A DNA stretch of 47,961 bases from an uncultured Methanosarcinales archaeon (GCA_964550945.1 CAZKBD010000005.1:1-47961); one strand, 5' to 3'. Shown: positions 1 through 9,630, counted from the first letter of the stretch. A program made the numbers and translations. Notes: generated by a model not told the origin, from the sequence alone.

Positions 1-94
1 ATGTATTCACGCCATAACCGCCGATAAGTACAAAACTGCAGTCCTTCAATTTTTCTAGCATTGATAATATCTCCTTTTCCCTAAATTCTAACAT
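1..94 (-). CDS. N-terminal part of AbiEii-like nucleotidyltransferase (type IV TA toxin), runs off the window
   Basis: Own translation MLEFREKEILSMLEKLKDCSFVLIGGYGVNT; LIGG motif; ATG abuts the stop of the upstream gene. Confidence 0.6.
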   Translation of the reverse strand, partial: MLEFREKEILSMLEKLKDCSFVLIGGYGVNT

Positions 95-760
95 CTATAC
101 TGCCTCCTTAATTTTTTCCATTAATTCCTTATTTATTTTGATTTTTAGATTAAATTTTTTCTTTAAATAAGCTAAAGGATATTCAAATAATGAGTTGTTT
201 TGACAAAACTTGATTGTATCAACTAACCGTTCAACAGGAAAACCGTTATGTACGGAACATTTTAAACTTCTTTGAGGATATAAGATTATAAATTCTCCAA
301 TAAAAGTGCCTTCTTTCATGAAAAAAGGGATTCCATTCTTTGATAAGAACTGTTTCCAATAATCCAAATCAGAGTCTTTGATTTTAATAAAATACGGGCT
401 GTGTTCCCAGCTTCTTTGGATATACGAAAAGTCAGTCCATATCTCTGCAGCACTCATCTTGCTATAACAAAACTCTTTCTTTGACTTCTTTAATATATCC
501 TGCACTTTAAAGGAGAATAACGAGCTGAAAATGGTGTTAGGATCTACACAGCTATACGTCATCCTTGACTTTTTAGTTATCCATCCTGAGTTCAATAAAA
601 CTGAAAAAATCTTTTTTCTCATGGAAGAACTGACTATCCAATTAAAGCTTTCCTGGCTGAATTCTTCTTCAGTTCTGTATTTAGTGTACAATAATCCATA
701 TGCCCTTAAAGCATATCTTGGTATTTCAGATGCCATAGAGATACCTATAAGGTAACTCAT
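95..760 (-). CDS. putative AbiEi-like antitoxin / wHTH protein
   Basis: 221 aa with wHTH-like N-terminus (L..SGWI.K..R..Y); directly upstream of the LIGG nucleotidyltransferase. Confidence 0.5.
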   Translation of the reverse strand: MSYLIGISMASEIPRYALRAYGLLYTKYRTEEEFSQESFNWIVSSSMRKKIFSVLLNSGWITKKSRMTYSCVDPNTIFSSLFSFKVQDILKKSKKEFCYSKMSAAEIWTDFSYIQRSWEHSPYFIKIKDSDLDYWKQFLSKNGIPFFMKEGTFIGEFIILYPQRSLKCSVHNGFPVERLVDTIKFCQNNSLFEYPLAYLKKKFNLKIKINKELMEKIKEAV

Positions 761-798
761 ATTTAAATCTTGTGGTTTTGGTTACCTATATGGTAACT
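741..798. promoter_or_regulatory. paired palindromic operator sites
   Basis: TACCTATA(A/T)GGTAACT at 742-757 and 783-798, flanking the start region of 95..760. Confidence 0.55.
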
Positions 799-875
799 AT
801 AATATGCTTGCTTGGTTTTTAATCTGAGCTCAAATAATTATCTTTATAAACTTCTTTTTCTTTATTAGTTGAATA

Positions 876-1250
876 ATGAAAAAAATACTGTTAGACACTA
901 ACTTTTTGCTGATACCAGCAAAATTCAAAGTAGATATATTCTCGGAAATTGACAGGCTGTGCAATTTTGGCTACAAACTGTTTATTGTGGATAAAACAAT
1001 AGGCGAATTAAACAATATTGTCGATAAACAAAAAGGCAAAGAGAAAGCTGCTGCAAAATTAGCATTGTTATTGATAAAAAATAAAAAAGTGGATATTATA
1101 GAAACAAAAGAAGGAAAAGTTGATGACATAATCCTTGGGTTAAATGGCTATACTGTAGCTACACAGGACAAGGAGTTAAAGAGAAGATTAAAGAAGAAAA
1201 ATGTTGAGACAATCACTTTAAGGCAAAAAAGGTATTTGGTACTAACTTAA
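876..1250 (+). CDS. PIN-domain protein, Fcf1/Utp24-like
   Basis: LLDTNFL, T..EL, VDD.I and VATQD.EL motifs; TATA TTTATAAA near 844. Confidence 0.85.
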   Translation: MKKILLDTNFLLIPAKFKVDIFSEIDRLCNFGYKLFIVDKTIGELNNIVDKQKGKEKAAAKLALLLIKNKKVDIIETKEGKVDDIILGLNGYTVATQDKELKRRLKKKNVETITLRQKRYLVLT

Positions 1251-1282
1251 TAATTTCTTGCTTTCTTCCTTTTCTAAGCATA

Positions 1283-1822
1283 TTACCCTACTATTTCACT
1301 TATTTTGTTTACAAATTCTTTAGCGTCTTTTAAAATACTCCTTGCTTCATTATCTCCATATCTACGAGAAACAGTATACTGAACAGCGACTCTTCCCTGC
1401 ATAGCGTTATCTATCTTTTGGATGTCTTCTCTTCCAAAATGCGCATTTTCAATCATTTCAATATACTTTCTTTCCAAAAGATTCTTTTTAAAGCAGTACC
1501 AATATTCTAAAGCAGTTATAGTTGCTCCATGAGTTGTGGATTTTAGCCCAATTTTAGCCAATGCAGAAGTTGCGGCAAGATACATTGCGTAATATGAAGC
1601 AATGATTATCCAGTCAAAATATTCTCTATTCAATGGAATTTCGAGAACCTTCTTTTTATCTTCATTTCTAGAGATGATCTCTAAAACCCCTGCTAATTCC
1701 AGATTATGCAGTGATTTGTCCATATAACCTTCTGCAAATTTCTTTTCGTTATTATCCTTCCGAATAATATACTCTTTTAGAAAGGATTCATATTTCTCTT
1801 TTAGGTCATTCTTGCTCAGCAT
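1283..1822 (-). CDS. HEPN-domain protein
   Basis: W.IIASYYAMY.A, TTH and R...QY motifs; start placed right after the MNT stop. Confidence 0.8.
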   Translation of the reverse strand: MLSKNDLKEKYESFLKEYIIRKDNNEKKFAEGYMDKSLHNLELAGVLEIISRNEDKKKVLEIPLNREYFDWIIIASYYAMYLAATSALAKIGLKSTTHGATITALEYWYCFKKNLLERKYIEMIENAHFGREDIQKIDNAMQGRVAVQYTVSRRYGDNEARSILKDAKEFVNKISEIVG

Positions 1823-1823
1823 A

Positions 1824-2513
1824 TCAAATACACCCCGATATTTCCCTCCAATACGCACTATAACCTTTCAGGATAAGATGATTTATTAATGTTTCTTTAG
1901 CAACATTTATTTCTTTATTAGCTATCATCTCCTTATGTTCTTCACTACTAACAATAATAGGATTAATTTTAGCCACCCCTCTTGATTCATTGACCTTAAT
2001 AATTCCTGTCATCGAACTCTTGATTTCTTTAATATATTGTTCATATCCTTCTTTGTGGATAAACCTTGATGGCTCGTATATGATCAACATGTCTATATCA
2101 CTTTCTCTAGTTGGAGTTCCTTTGGCATAACTCCCAAATATTAAAACGCATTTAAATTCATGTATATTTCTTGTATCCTTAGTTATTTCACGTATGCTAG
2201 CAGCTAATGTTCCTTTTAATTTACTAAAAAATAATTCAAATTTTTTTGTTTCGATTAGAGAAAGCAAAGAGATAGTTTTTTCATTTTTCAGATTGATTTT
2301 TATCTGGCTTGCCATCCCGTACATGGACTTAGAAAGGATACCTTCCTTAATCAGGGAATCCACCTTCCTATAGATTGTAGGGTAATTGGTTTTTTCATCT
2401 ATACTCTCTTTTATTTTTTCTATTGTAAAATCTTCAAAAGGGGTCTTAGATATTGTTTCAACTATCTTTAATCTCATTTCATCAATTTTTATTTTTTGGA
2501 TAGTATTATTCAT
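1824..2513 (-). CDS. wHTH-fused minimal nucleotidyltransferase (MNT)
   Basis: FGSYAKG...SDIDML motif; N-terminal HTH; second ATG chosen by TATA spacing. Confidence 0.85.
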   Translation of the reverse strand: MNNTIQKIKIDEMRLKIVETISKTPFEDFTIEKIKESIDEKTNYPTIYRKVDSLIKEGILSKSMYGMASQIKINLKNEKTISLLSLIETKKFELFFSKLKGTLAASIREITKDTRNIHEFKCVLIFGSYAKGTPTRESDIDMLIIYEPSRFIHKEGYEQYIKEIKSSMTGIIKVNESRGVAKINPIIVSSEEHKEMIANKEINVAKETLINHLILKGYSAYWREISGCI

Positions 2514-2592
2514 ATTCTGAATAGTATTATTCATAAATAGTATATAAGCTTTTTGGTTATTACACTAACCCCCATCAAGTTTATTTTAAATC

Positions 2593-2741
2593 TGTCAAAA
2601 ACCACCCATCAGAGATGCATGGTTTAGCTACTCTACAACATGAAGTGGTTTTTGACACTCAATATTCCACTCATAAAATGTGGTTTTTGAGCACAACAAA
2701 TTCCACTTTATCACTCATCTGAGATGAGTGGAATATTGTTG
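2593..2741 (-). repeat. dispersed ~150-bp palindromic element, copy A
   Basis: Aligns with 27329-27482 and 47711-47867; overlaps the 3' end of the MazF ORF. Confidence 0.85.
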
Positions 2742-3041
2742 TTTTAATAAGCCTACTAACTCATCGAAAACTTTCTTCTTTTTATCTACAGATAAAGAAA
2801 ACAGCACTTTTTCAATCATAGCTCTTGAAACCGTAAAGATATAATTTAGTTTTATAACGCTGTCTTTTACAGCCCCTTCTTTTTTTGCCAGAGGTATTCC
2901 TTTCATCTCTAAATTGCTTGTTATTCCAGCTACAACAACATTATCAAGCTCTTCAAACAAGACTAAAGCAGGCCTTTTTTTGATTTCAAAAGTATCTGTA
3001 AATTGGACTTTGGTTAAAACAACATCTCCGGATTTAGGCAT
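2715..3041 (-). CDS. PemK/MazF-family toxin
   Basis: GDVVL...F.D....KKRPALV...ITS motifs. Confidence 0.85.
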   Translation of the reverse strand: MPKSGDVVLTKVQFTDTFEIKKRPALVLFEELDNVVVAGITSNLEMKGIPLAKKEGAVKDSVIKLNYIFTVSRAMIEKVLFSLSVDKKKKVFDELVGLLKQQYSTHLR

Positions 3042-3089
3042 GCTTAAAAACCTCAGGTTTTTGGCACGCCAAAAATGATTTCATCATTT

Positions 3090-3314
3090 TTAAGCGTTCT
3101 CCCATGCCTCATCTTCTTTGTTGCCCCATAATTCTTTCATCTTGGCCTGTTGAATTTTATGGAGAAACTCATCATATTGATTCCTTTTCTTTATGCTTTT
3201 GAATACATCAACCATTTGCTTAATAAGATCGTTATAGGTCTGCCTGGGATATTCTCTTGCTTCTTTCAAGGAATTAACAAGGGTTTTTTCAATTTGTATT
3301 GTTGTCATGCTCAT
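3090..3314 (-). CDS. antitoxin of the MazF-like toxin
   Basis: 74 aa; TTIQI RHH-like start; C-terminal W.N.EDEAW; directly upstream of the toxin. Confidence 0.7.
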   Translation of the reverse strand: MSMTTIQIEKTLVNSLKEAREYPRQTYNDLIKQMVDVFKSIKKRNQYDEFLHKIQQAKMKELWGNKEDEAWENA

Positions 3315-3481
3315 TATATATCACCTATAGACAGCATATAATAGGTTATATATAAGGTTTTTGGTTATTATTGTAAAAAAAAGGATGATGACTAAAAACA
3401 TATCTTGTAAAAACAATGGCTTAATTGCAAGTTAGTTAATTCTTAGAAAGATTTATATTCGGAAAAATATTCCTTATCAAC

Positions 3482-3859
3482 ATGGATGGGATAAGGATAG
3501 ACGACTCCAAAGTAAATCCAGGTTACCCTGCTGTTGACAGCATAGAAGAAACAATTCGCGTAAGAAGGAAGATTACTTTGGAACAAGCGGAATTTGAAAG
3601 GAAGTTAGCGGAATTAAGAAGTGGATTAGTAAGTGTAAAAGAAATACAACTAAAACAGACTATCCTTTGGAGCGCTGCAGGTATCGTTTTTATTGTATTA
3701 TCATGTCTAGTTTACTATTTATTCAAAATAAATCAGTATATGTTTGGGACTATTGTCACTTTCTTCCTAATAATCTATGTTTTAGCATTTTTTGCACTAC
3801 ATGATGCTAATATTAGAAAGATAATTCTATCGACAAAAGACATTAAAATGGAGAAGTAA
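3482..3859 (+). CDS. hypothetical membrane protein (coiled coil plus 2 TM)
   Basis: ORF with TATA near 3452 and two hydrophobic segments. Confidence 0.6.
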   Translation: MDGIRIDDSKVNPGYPAVDSIEETIRVRRKITLEQAEFERKLAELRSGLVSVKEIQLKQTILWSAAGIVFIVLSCLVYYLFKINQYMFGTIVTFFLIIYVLAFFALHDANIRKIILSTKDIKMEK

Positions 3860-3952
3860 TAAAACAGAGGATAAGGTTGCAGAAAAATTGAACACAACCG
3901 GTTATAAACGTCAAATATGCCATTTTGAGTAAATTATATAGGGTTTTCTAAA

Positions 3953-4057
3953 ATGCAACACGCAAAACTAATCTTACTACTTTTAATCCTCCTAGTTGTA
4001 CCTATAGCCTATGCAGAAGAAGAGGAAGATCAAAAGAATTATTTAATAATAACCTAA
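3953..4057 (+). pseudogene. orphan signal-peptide fragment (34 aa)
   Basis: MQHAKLILLLLILLVVPIAYAEEEEDQKNYLIIT*: Sec signal with AYA cleavage site, then an early stop. Confidence 0.45.
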
Positions 4058-4100
4058 AACAGAAAACAATTTAAACCCAGCTTTGGTTCTTAATGTTGAA

Positions 4101-4709
4101 ATGGAGCTAATCAAAGAAGATATAACAACCAATTTAGCGACAAAATACGGCAATTTTAGGGTTGTTTTGTATAAAGGAGAGGAAGAAGATCATCACATTG
4201 CTTTGATTAATGGTGATGTGAAGGGAAAAAAGAATATCCTTGTTAGAGTTCATTCTGAATGCATAACTGGAGATCTGTTTCATTCAAAAAGGTGTGATTG
4301 CGGTGAGCAGTTAGAGAAAGCAATGGAAAAAATTGGGAAAGAAGGAGGCGTATTAGTCTATCTCAGGCAGGAAGGAAGGGGCATTGGCTTGGTTAAGAAG
4401 CTGGAAGCATATAACCTGCAGGATAAAGGGATGGATACTGTTGAGGCTAATATTAAGCTTGGATTTAAAGCAGATGAAAGGGATTATACAATTGGAGCTC
4501 GGATTCTTGCAGATTTAGGATTAAGCACAATAAGGCTTTTAACTAATAATCCCAAGAAGATAGAAGGCTTGGAAAAGTTTGGTTTGAAAATAGTTGAAAG
4601 GATACCTCTTTTGACAGAAGCTAATGAATTGAATAAAAATTACTTAAAAACAAAGAAAGAAAAATTAGGGCATTTGATGGAAGACAGGGCTTTTGTGAGG
4701 AAATCTTAA
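4101..4709 (+). CDS. ribA: GTP cyclohydrolase II
   Basis: VRVHSECITGD...RCDCGEQL, QEGRGIGL and LTNNP motifs. Confidence 0.95.
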   Translation: MELIKEDITTNLATKYGNFRVVLYKGEEEDHHIALINGDVKGKKNILVRVHSECITGDLFHSKRCDCGEQLEKAMEKIGKEGGVLVYLRQEGRGIGLVKKLEAYNLQDKGMDTVEANIKLGFKADERDYTIGARILADLGLSTIRLLTNNPKKIEGLEKFGLKIVERIPLLTEANELNKNYLKTKKEKLGHLMEDRAFVRKS

Positions 4710-4712
4710 CAA

Positions 4713-5246
4713 TTAATGGCTCAGAATGAAGCTCAATAGCCGATGGCTCAATGTCTCTTTTGGATCTATCCGTTTCATATCAAAATATTTTTCATCCCTA
4801 AGGCGAGAATCTAAATATGCTAGGTTAGGGTTGTTGATGCTTTTTGCAAGAACCGCTAGTATAACCTGATCAAAATCAGTCGCTAGGCTGTGGCCTCTTC
4901 TGGCAAGCTCTTCAAGCATAGGAGCAGCAACAGATTTAGGATCTCTTGCTGATCCATTATCAGATTTACCGGCAGAAGCATTTTCTATACCTAATAGGGT
5001 ATAGCCTAGATTTATGGTTCCCTTGTATCCATGGCAGTGCTGAGCGAGAAATTCTTGCTTCTGGAAATCCCTAATAGCTAGGCAAAAGCCAGCTAATCCA
5101 GGCCTGAAATCCTCTTGTGTTTTGAAATCTTCACTTAGTAAGGTATGCGCCCCATTACCTATCTCGTAAGGATGTTGTTGCACATAAATAAATGCTCTTG
5201 CGCAGATTCCTGCTTGAGATCTTGAATAATATGGGATAATTTTCAT
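4713..5246 (-). CDS. hypothetical protein
   Basis: Start reassigned to MKIIPYY at 5246, with TATA at 5271-5278. Confidence 0.55.
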   Translation of the reverse strand: MKIIPYYSRSQAGICARAFIYVQQHPYEIGNGAHTLLSEDFKTQEDFRPGLAGFCLAIRDFQKQEFLAQHCHGYKGTINLGYTLLGIENASAGKSDNGSARDPKSVAAPMLEELARRGHSLATDFDQVILAVLAKSINNPNLAYLDSRLRDEKYFDMKRIDPKETLSHRLLSFILSH

Positions 5247-5363
5247 TAGGACTGGAAGAATTAAATCCGGTTTATAAATATTTCTTGAGTATCCACTATG
5301 AAGTGATATACGTATACTCAATTTACATAAAATTAATAAACATTTGAGTATTCTTGGTGATTT

Positions 5364-6404
5364 ATGGTATCTGAAATTGCTGTTGTTCCAATTGAAGACA
5401 GGATTCAAGAACTTACAGGCTTGTTGCCTGAGTCAGAAGATGGCCAGCAGCAAGTTAGGCATTCTAATATGTTGGACACGTTTGACTTACTATGTTTTGC
5501 AATTAAGGCAGAAGGAGGATTGCTTATTAAAGATGAACCTCGGTTTAGGTCAGAACTTTTAAGAATATTTTACGGCTACAGTGAGGAGGCTTTTTGTAAC
5601 GTCTTTTTAAGGTATCGCTTACCTTGGGTACAAGAGCCACATTCGTTTAGGAGTGCGACTGTATCATTCTCTCGTGATGATTTTCACAAATCTGGTAAGA
5701 TTATACATGATTTATTGGGGTTTGATGATCAGCACAATTTAATGATTGTCCCTCCGCGTTACAATGGAAGAGCAGCTGAAACATCTTTTTTATACCAGGC
5801 GTCAAACGCCTTCAATATATTTGTTATGACAGCATTTCCTAATATAAGGATGCAAGCTGTAGCTTCTACTCCTGAAACATATGGGTTATATTCTGATGAT
5901 ATCTTAAATGGAAATTTGGTGACATACGGTCCAGCAGACTGCAACATTGCCCGCGCTCATATATTAAACTCCGAGCTCCAAAGAGCCAGTGAAGGACAAC
6001 TTGGAATTGAAGGATTACTTACAGTGGAACAGTCTATGCCTATAGTTGAATGGTTCAAATCTGAGCAGAATAGGGCAAAAGCAGCTGATATTCCACGTTA
6101 TGTGGTTTTGTTAGATGGTCAACGCCAGTCTGTTTTTGACTTATATGGGGGGGCTTTTTTAACGCCTGACAATTTTTCTTCAGAAGCGGCTTCTGAACCT
6201 GTTTTAGGGGTTTTTGCCCGTAATGTTATAGACGGAAAAGTTTATTGCTCTTTTGAAGGTACAAGCCAAAATGGTACTGCAGCTGCTATTTTAGCATATT
6301 GTCAGCCTGACATTATCTATTGTACAAGGCAGGCTCACCAAGGAGACAATCGTTCTGCAGTTGTTGAATACCGCGAAAATAAATTAAGGGTTGCTCAATT
6401 CTAA
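5364..6404 (+). CDS. hypothetical protein
   Basis: 346-aa ORF with GGTGA SD; no family recognised. Confidence 0.65.
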   Translation: MVSEIAVVPIEDRIQELTGLLPESEDGQQQVRHSNMLDTFDLLCFAIKAEGGLLIKDEPRFRSELLRIFYGYSEEAFCNVFLRYRLPWVQEPHSFRSATVSFSRDDFHKSGKIIHDLLGFDDQHNLMIVPPRYNGRAAETSFLYQASNAFNIFVMTAFPNIRMQAVASTPETYGLYSDDILNGNLVTYGPADCNIARAHILNSELQRASEGQLGIEGLLTVEQSMPIVEWFKSEQNRAKAADIPRYVVLLDGQRQSVFDLYGGAFLTPDNFSSEAASEPVLGVFARNVIDGKVYCSFEGTSQNGTAAAILAYCQPDIIYCTRQAHQGDNRSAVVEYRENKLRVAQF

Positions 6405-6406
6405 TT

Positions 6407-6703
6407 TTACATATATCCCAATTTTTTCAGATATTTTTTAAGGTCATTATATTCCTTGTCTCTATCTAGGATACAAATGACTTTTATGAAAGGCTTATCA
6501 ACAAGGTATATAACTCTTTTTTCTTTGTGTTCATCTTCAAATCTTATCCTGAATAAGAATAGCTTATAACCATGAATCCTTTTATAGCGATAAGGGTTTA
6601 TTTTAGCTAATCTTAATTTTTCTTCAATCAGTTTTGCAGCCTCATCGCTGATTTCATCTATTTGCTGCAGAAAGAAATGAGATGGCTTTATTACATATTC
6701 CAT
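6407..6703 (-). CDS. RelE/ParE-like toxin
   Basis: 98 aa, basic; NPYRYK, FRIRF, RVIY motifs; follows an RHH gene. Confidence 0.7.
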   Translation of the reverse strand: MEYVIKPSHFFLQQIDEISDEAAKLIEEKLRLAKINPYRYKRIHGYKLFLFRIRFEDEHKEKRVIYLVDKPFIKVICILDRDKEYNDLKKYLKKLGYM

Positions 6704-6705
6704 CT

Positions 6706-6951
6706 TTATCTTCTTCTAAGCTTCTTGAACAATTCTTCCTCTGTTCCGTAGAGGTTTTTCTTTTCACTTACTTCAACTAATTTTTTAACCAATACGAGCT
6801 CTTCTTTGGATATTTCTGGTTCATCAAATAATCGTTCTCGAATAGTCTCTTTAATAAACTCCTGTATATTGCCATAACCGTGCTCTTCAGAGTAAGCTTT
6901 AGCTGAAGCAACTATATTTTCAGGCAACCTTATGTTAATTTGCATGTTCAT
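6706..6951 (-). CDS. ribbon-helix-helix antitoxin
   Basis: QINIRLPE...GYGNIQEFIKETIRE; tandem GATACCAAT repeats over the start region. Confidence 0.75.
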   Translation of the reverse strand: MNMQINIRLPENIVASAKAYSEEHGYGNIQEFIKETIRERLFDEPEISKEELVLVKKLVEVSEKKNLYGTEEELFKKLRRR

Positions 6952-6990
6952 GATACCAATAGATACCAATTGGTATATAAATCTTTTGTT

Positions 6991-7626
6991 TTAAAACCTC
7001 AAGATCTCCATTGCATTAGCAATGTCTTTCTCGTCTATTACAAACAATGTGTCAGTCCAGCAGCTCATTGTCTCTACAATATTAATGCCGTGCTCTCCAA
7101 ACAATGAATAGGCATAAGGAACCACTCCGGCTGTTGTTTCAATCTCTTTTGGAGATTTTAAAGTGATCTCTACCAGATTAGTGTTTTCTTTTATTATCTT
7201 GGTTTTGAAAAGCCTTCTTATCTCTGCGAGAAAGTCTTCGCTTGTGACAATTGTTATTGCATTAGCCCCTTCAATGATGTGGAATACATCATCTTTTTTC
7301 TTAATCTCTTTTTCCAAAGCAAGAAGATTATCTAAAAATATGTTTTTTTCAACAACAACCGCAATTATTTTATTCTTAATCTCAACCTTGCTTTGTTTTA
7401 ATATCTCCAATATCTTCTTCTCATTAGTCTCTTCTGATCTTACCTTCCTGTAATATCTCCTGCAAGCGATTAAGATAGCATCAAAATTCTTCTTTAAGTC
7501 GATATTAAGGTCTTTTGTTATCTGCCTTGTAAGGGAAGAATAATTTATAAGGCCTTTTTTCAGGCAATCCTTTATGCTTGGATGCTCTGACACATATTTT
7601 TCAGTAATTTTTGTGATGTTTGCCAT
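6991..7626 (-). CDS. ACT-domain protein with N-terminal helical/HTH-like domain
   Basis: GLINYSSL...A..R N-terminus; C-terminal ACT (GV......L...GINIVE..S). Confidence 0.8.
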   Translation of the reverse strand: MANITKITEKYVSEHPSIKDCLKKGLINYSSLTRQITKDLNIDLKKNFDAILIACRRYYRKVRSEETNEKKILEILKQSKVEIKNKIIAVVVEKNIFLDNLLALEKEIKKKDDVFHIIEGANAITIVTSEDFLAEIRRLFKTKIIKENTNLVEITLKSPKEIETTAGVVPYAYSLFGEHGINIVETMSCWTDTLFVIDEKDIANAMEILRF

Positions 7627-7627
7627 T

Positions 7628-8551
7628 TTAGCACCTGCTTAGTATTTTTTTCATTTTTTTCATATTATAATCCAGCCAGTTTTTATGCTTCATCTCATAA
7701 GAAAACACAATAGAGCTTATGAGCAGGATTATCTCGTAAAGCTTTTTTCTTTGTTCGTATTCTTTTGAAATGTTTCCAAACTTTTTATATCCTTTGAAAA
7801 AATAATGTTTTAGCTCTGGAAGCTTGTCGAACATCCATTGCTCAGATTTGAATAAGTCCAGCTCATTGTGGCCTGCAATAGCCCATTCAAAATCTATTAT
7901 CCCTCCTATTTTGTTATTGTCGGCTATTATATGCGAGAAATGGTAATCCTTGTGCAGCAGGCATGGCTTATCCTTGATCTCAACCAAACTTTCAAGAATG
8001 TCAATCCTTCTTTTGCATTCATAAACATCACTTTTAGCGATTATATTGGCCTTCCTTATCTTTTTTAATTTTTCATTGACATCATAATCCAAAAACTCAG
8101 GCCATGTTTTGAATGCTGGGCTGATTTTATCACCCAATATCCAGCCAAATCTTTTGAATTTAATGGAATGGATCTTGGCGAGGATTTCGCCTGCTTTTAT
8201 GAAAAGTTTTTTGTCTTTGCTTTTTTCATACTCTTTGTCAACTGAATCCCCTTCAATCTTTGAAAGGACTAGATAACTGTAGGGCATTATCTTTTTTGAC
8301 TTATCAATCAAATATATTTTTGGGACAGGAACATCTGTTTTTTTTGCGATTAAATTGTATAGGAATTCTTCCTTGTCAGCTTTCCACGGATCCTTTGGGA
8401 ATATCCTCAACACCAAATTCTTGTCAGGATTCCTTATCTTGATATCAAATGTCCTGTTAACCAGGCCTTTTTCAAACTTCTTTATGCTTTCAATTTTAGA
8501 ATTAGGGAAAGCTCTAAATATAGCTTTTTCTACTCCTCTTTTAGATATCAT
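7628..8551 (-). CDS. aminoglycoside phosphotransferase/choline kinase family protein
   Basis: GLVN, VLRI, VPVP, LLHKDYH..HI and GIIDFE motifs. Confidence 0.85.
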   Translation of the reverse strand: MISKRGVEKAIFRAFPNSKIESIKKFEKGLVNRTFDIKIRNPDKNLVLRIFPKDPWKADKEEFLYNLIAKKTDVPVPKIYLIDKSKKIMPYSYLVLSKIEGDSVDKEYEKSKDKKLFIKAGEILAKIHSIKFKRFGWILGDKISPAFKTWPEFLDYDVNEKLKKIRKANIIAKSDVYECKRRIDILESLVEIKDKPCLLHKDYHFSHIIADNNKIGGIIDFEWAIAGHNELDLFKSEQWMFDKLPELKHYFFKGYKKFGNISKEYEQRKKLYEIILLISSIVFSYEMKHKNWLDYNMKKMKKILSRC

Positions 8552-8572
8552 CTATTCTCCCCAACGATATTA

Positions 8573-8671
8573 TTATTCTAATTCAAAACCCGATCTTCTA
8601 ATCAGTTCTGAGGTCTTGTGATCAATAATCACTAGGTTAATATCAATGAACTCTGCTAATGTTTTTTGCAT
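8573..8671 (-). CDS. putative small protein (32 aa)
   Basis: MQKTLAEFIDINLVIIDHKTSELIRRSGFELE*; lies just upstream of the APH gene; below ORF-track cutoff. Confidence 0.35.
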   Translation of the reverse strand: MQKTLAEFIDINLVIIDHKTSELIRRSGFELE

Positions 8672-8904
8672 CTTAATTAAAAAATGAGGTCATAGTGTTA
8701 TGACCCCCCTAAAATTTATTAAGCATATACATCCGCTTTTCTGTTTGGTACTCCTTGCTTGGCGTATTGCTCAAAACTAACCTTGTCCTAACTTATATTT
8801 AAATGTTTCGTTTTGGACATTTTTGACGCATATCGGAAACTAAAGTTTAAATGAAACATATTGATCTGATCGTAGACAAAATCAATCAGAATAGGACTTG
8901 ACGC

Positions 8905-9630
8905 CTATTCCTTCTGATATTCTTTAATCGCTTCGTTCAGATCAGATTTGTCGAATAAAGGCCATAATTTATTTGAGAAATAAACTTTAGAATTAACAGA
9001 ATCCCACAGCAACAATCCAGATGGGGATGTGTTTTTGCCGTTTATTATAACCAAGTCAGGCGGCAAAAAAGAGGAAGAATATATACTGTCTTTGATAAGC
9101 TCTTTATTTATTGATTCAGGGTCTATTTTTCCTACCCTAATCTGCATTGAGATTAGTTTGCATGCATCTACAATCTCCTCCTGGCCGTCATAATTTATGC
9201 AGAGATTCATGAAAAATTCATCATAATCTTTTGTTGCATCAATCGCCTTTTTTATCACTTCAACCACTCTCCCAGGCATCCCATACCATTTGCCTAAGAC
9301 AGATATCTTGACTTTATTTTTATTTATGGCCTCATTATCTACCAGGCCATTGAAGAATTCCTCTATCGGATCAATTATCTGGGAGAAAGCCTCAACATCA
9401 GCCTTTATCTCTTCTGGCAAAACAAAAAATGTGGTTATAGGGATCCTAAGGTCAATCTGGTAATCCAATGTTTCAAGCAGGACATCAAAAGATTTTTTAT
9501 AGCTCTCTGATAATGGAATCTTCTCCTTTTTTGCATAGCTGGCAATGCCGTCCATTGTCAGGGCAATATGCGAAGTAAGCTTTAATTCCTTCTTTTCCTT
9601 CTTCAGAAGTTCTTTGAATTTCTCGAGCAT
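8905..9630 (-). CDS. cis-prenyltransferase (UppS-like), catalytically degenerate
   Basis: HIAL.MDG, NLCINYDGQEEIVDA and PDL.I...SG.LLW present; N/R residues of DGNxR and RTSGExR absent. Confidence 0.8.
   Translation of the reverse strand: MLEKFKELLKKEKKELKLTSHIALTMDGIASYAKKEKIPLSESYKKSFDVLLETLDYQIDLRIPITTFFVLPEEIKADVEAFSQIIDPIEEFFNGLVDNEAINKNKVKISVLGKWYGMPGRVVEVIKKAIDATKDYDEFFMNLCINYDGQEEIVDACKLISMQIRVGKIDPESINKELIKDSIYSSSFLPPDLVIINGKNTSPSGLLLWDSVNSKVYFSNKLWPLFDKSDLNEAIKEYQKE

Noticed and set aside
2593..2741. Integron attC interpretation
   Set aside because: No RYYYAAC...GTTRRRY ends, copies interrupt a gene and promoters, and no integrase is present
5247..5408. N-terminal extension of ORF 4713..5408
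   Set aside because: Crosses the divergent promoter and the opposite gene; TATA spacing favours 5246
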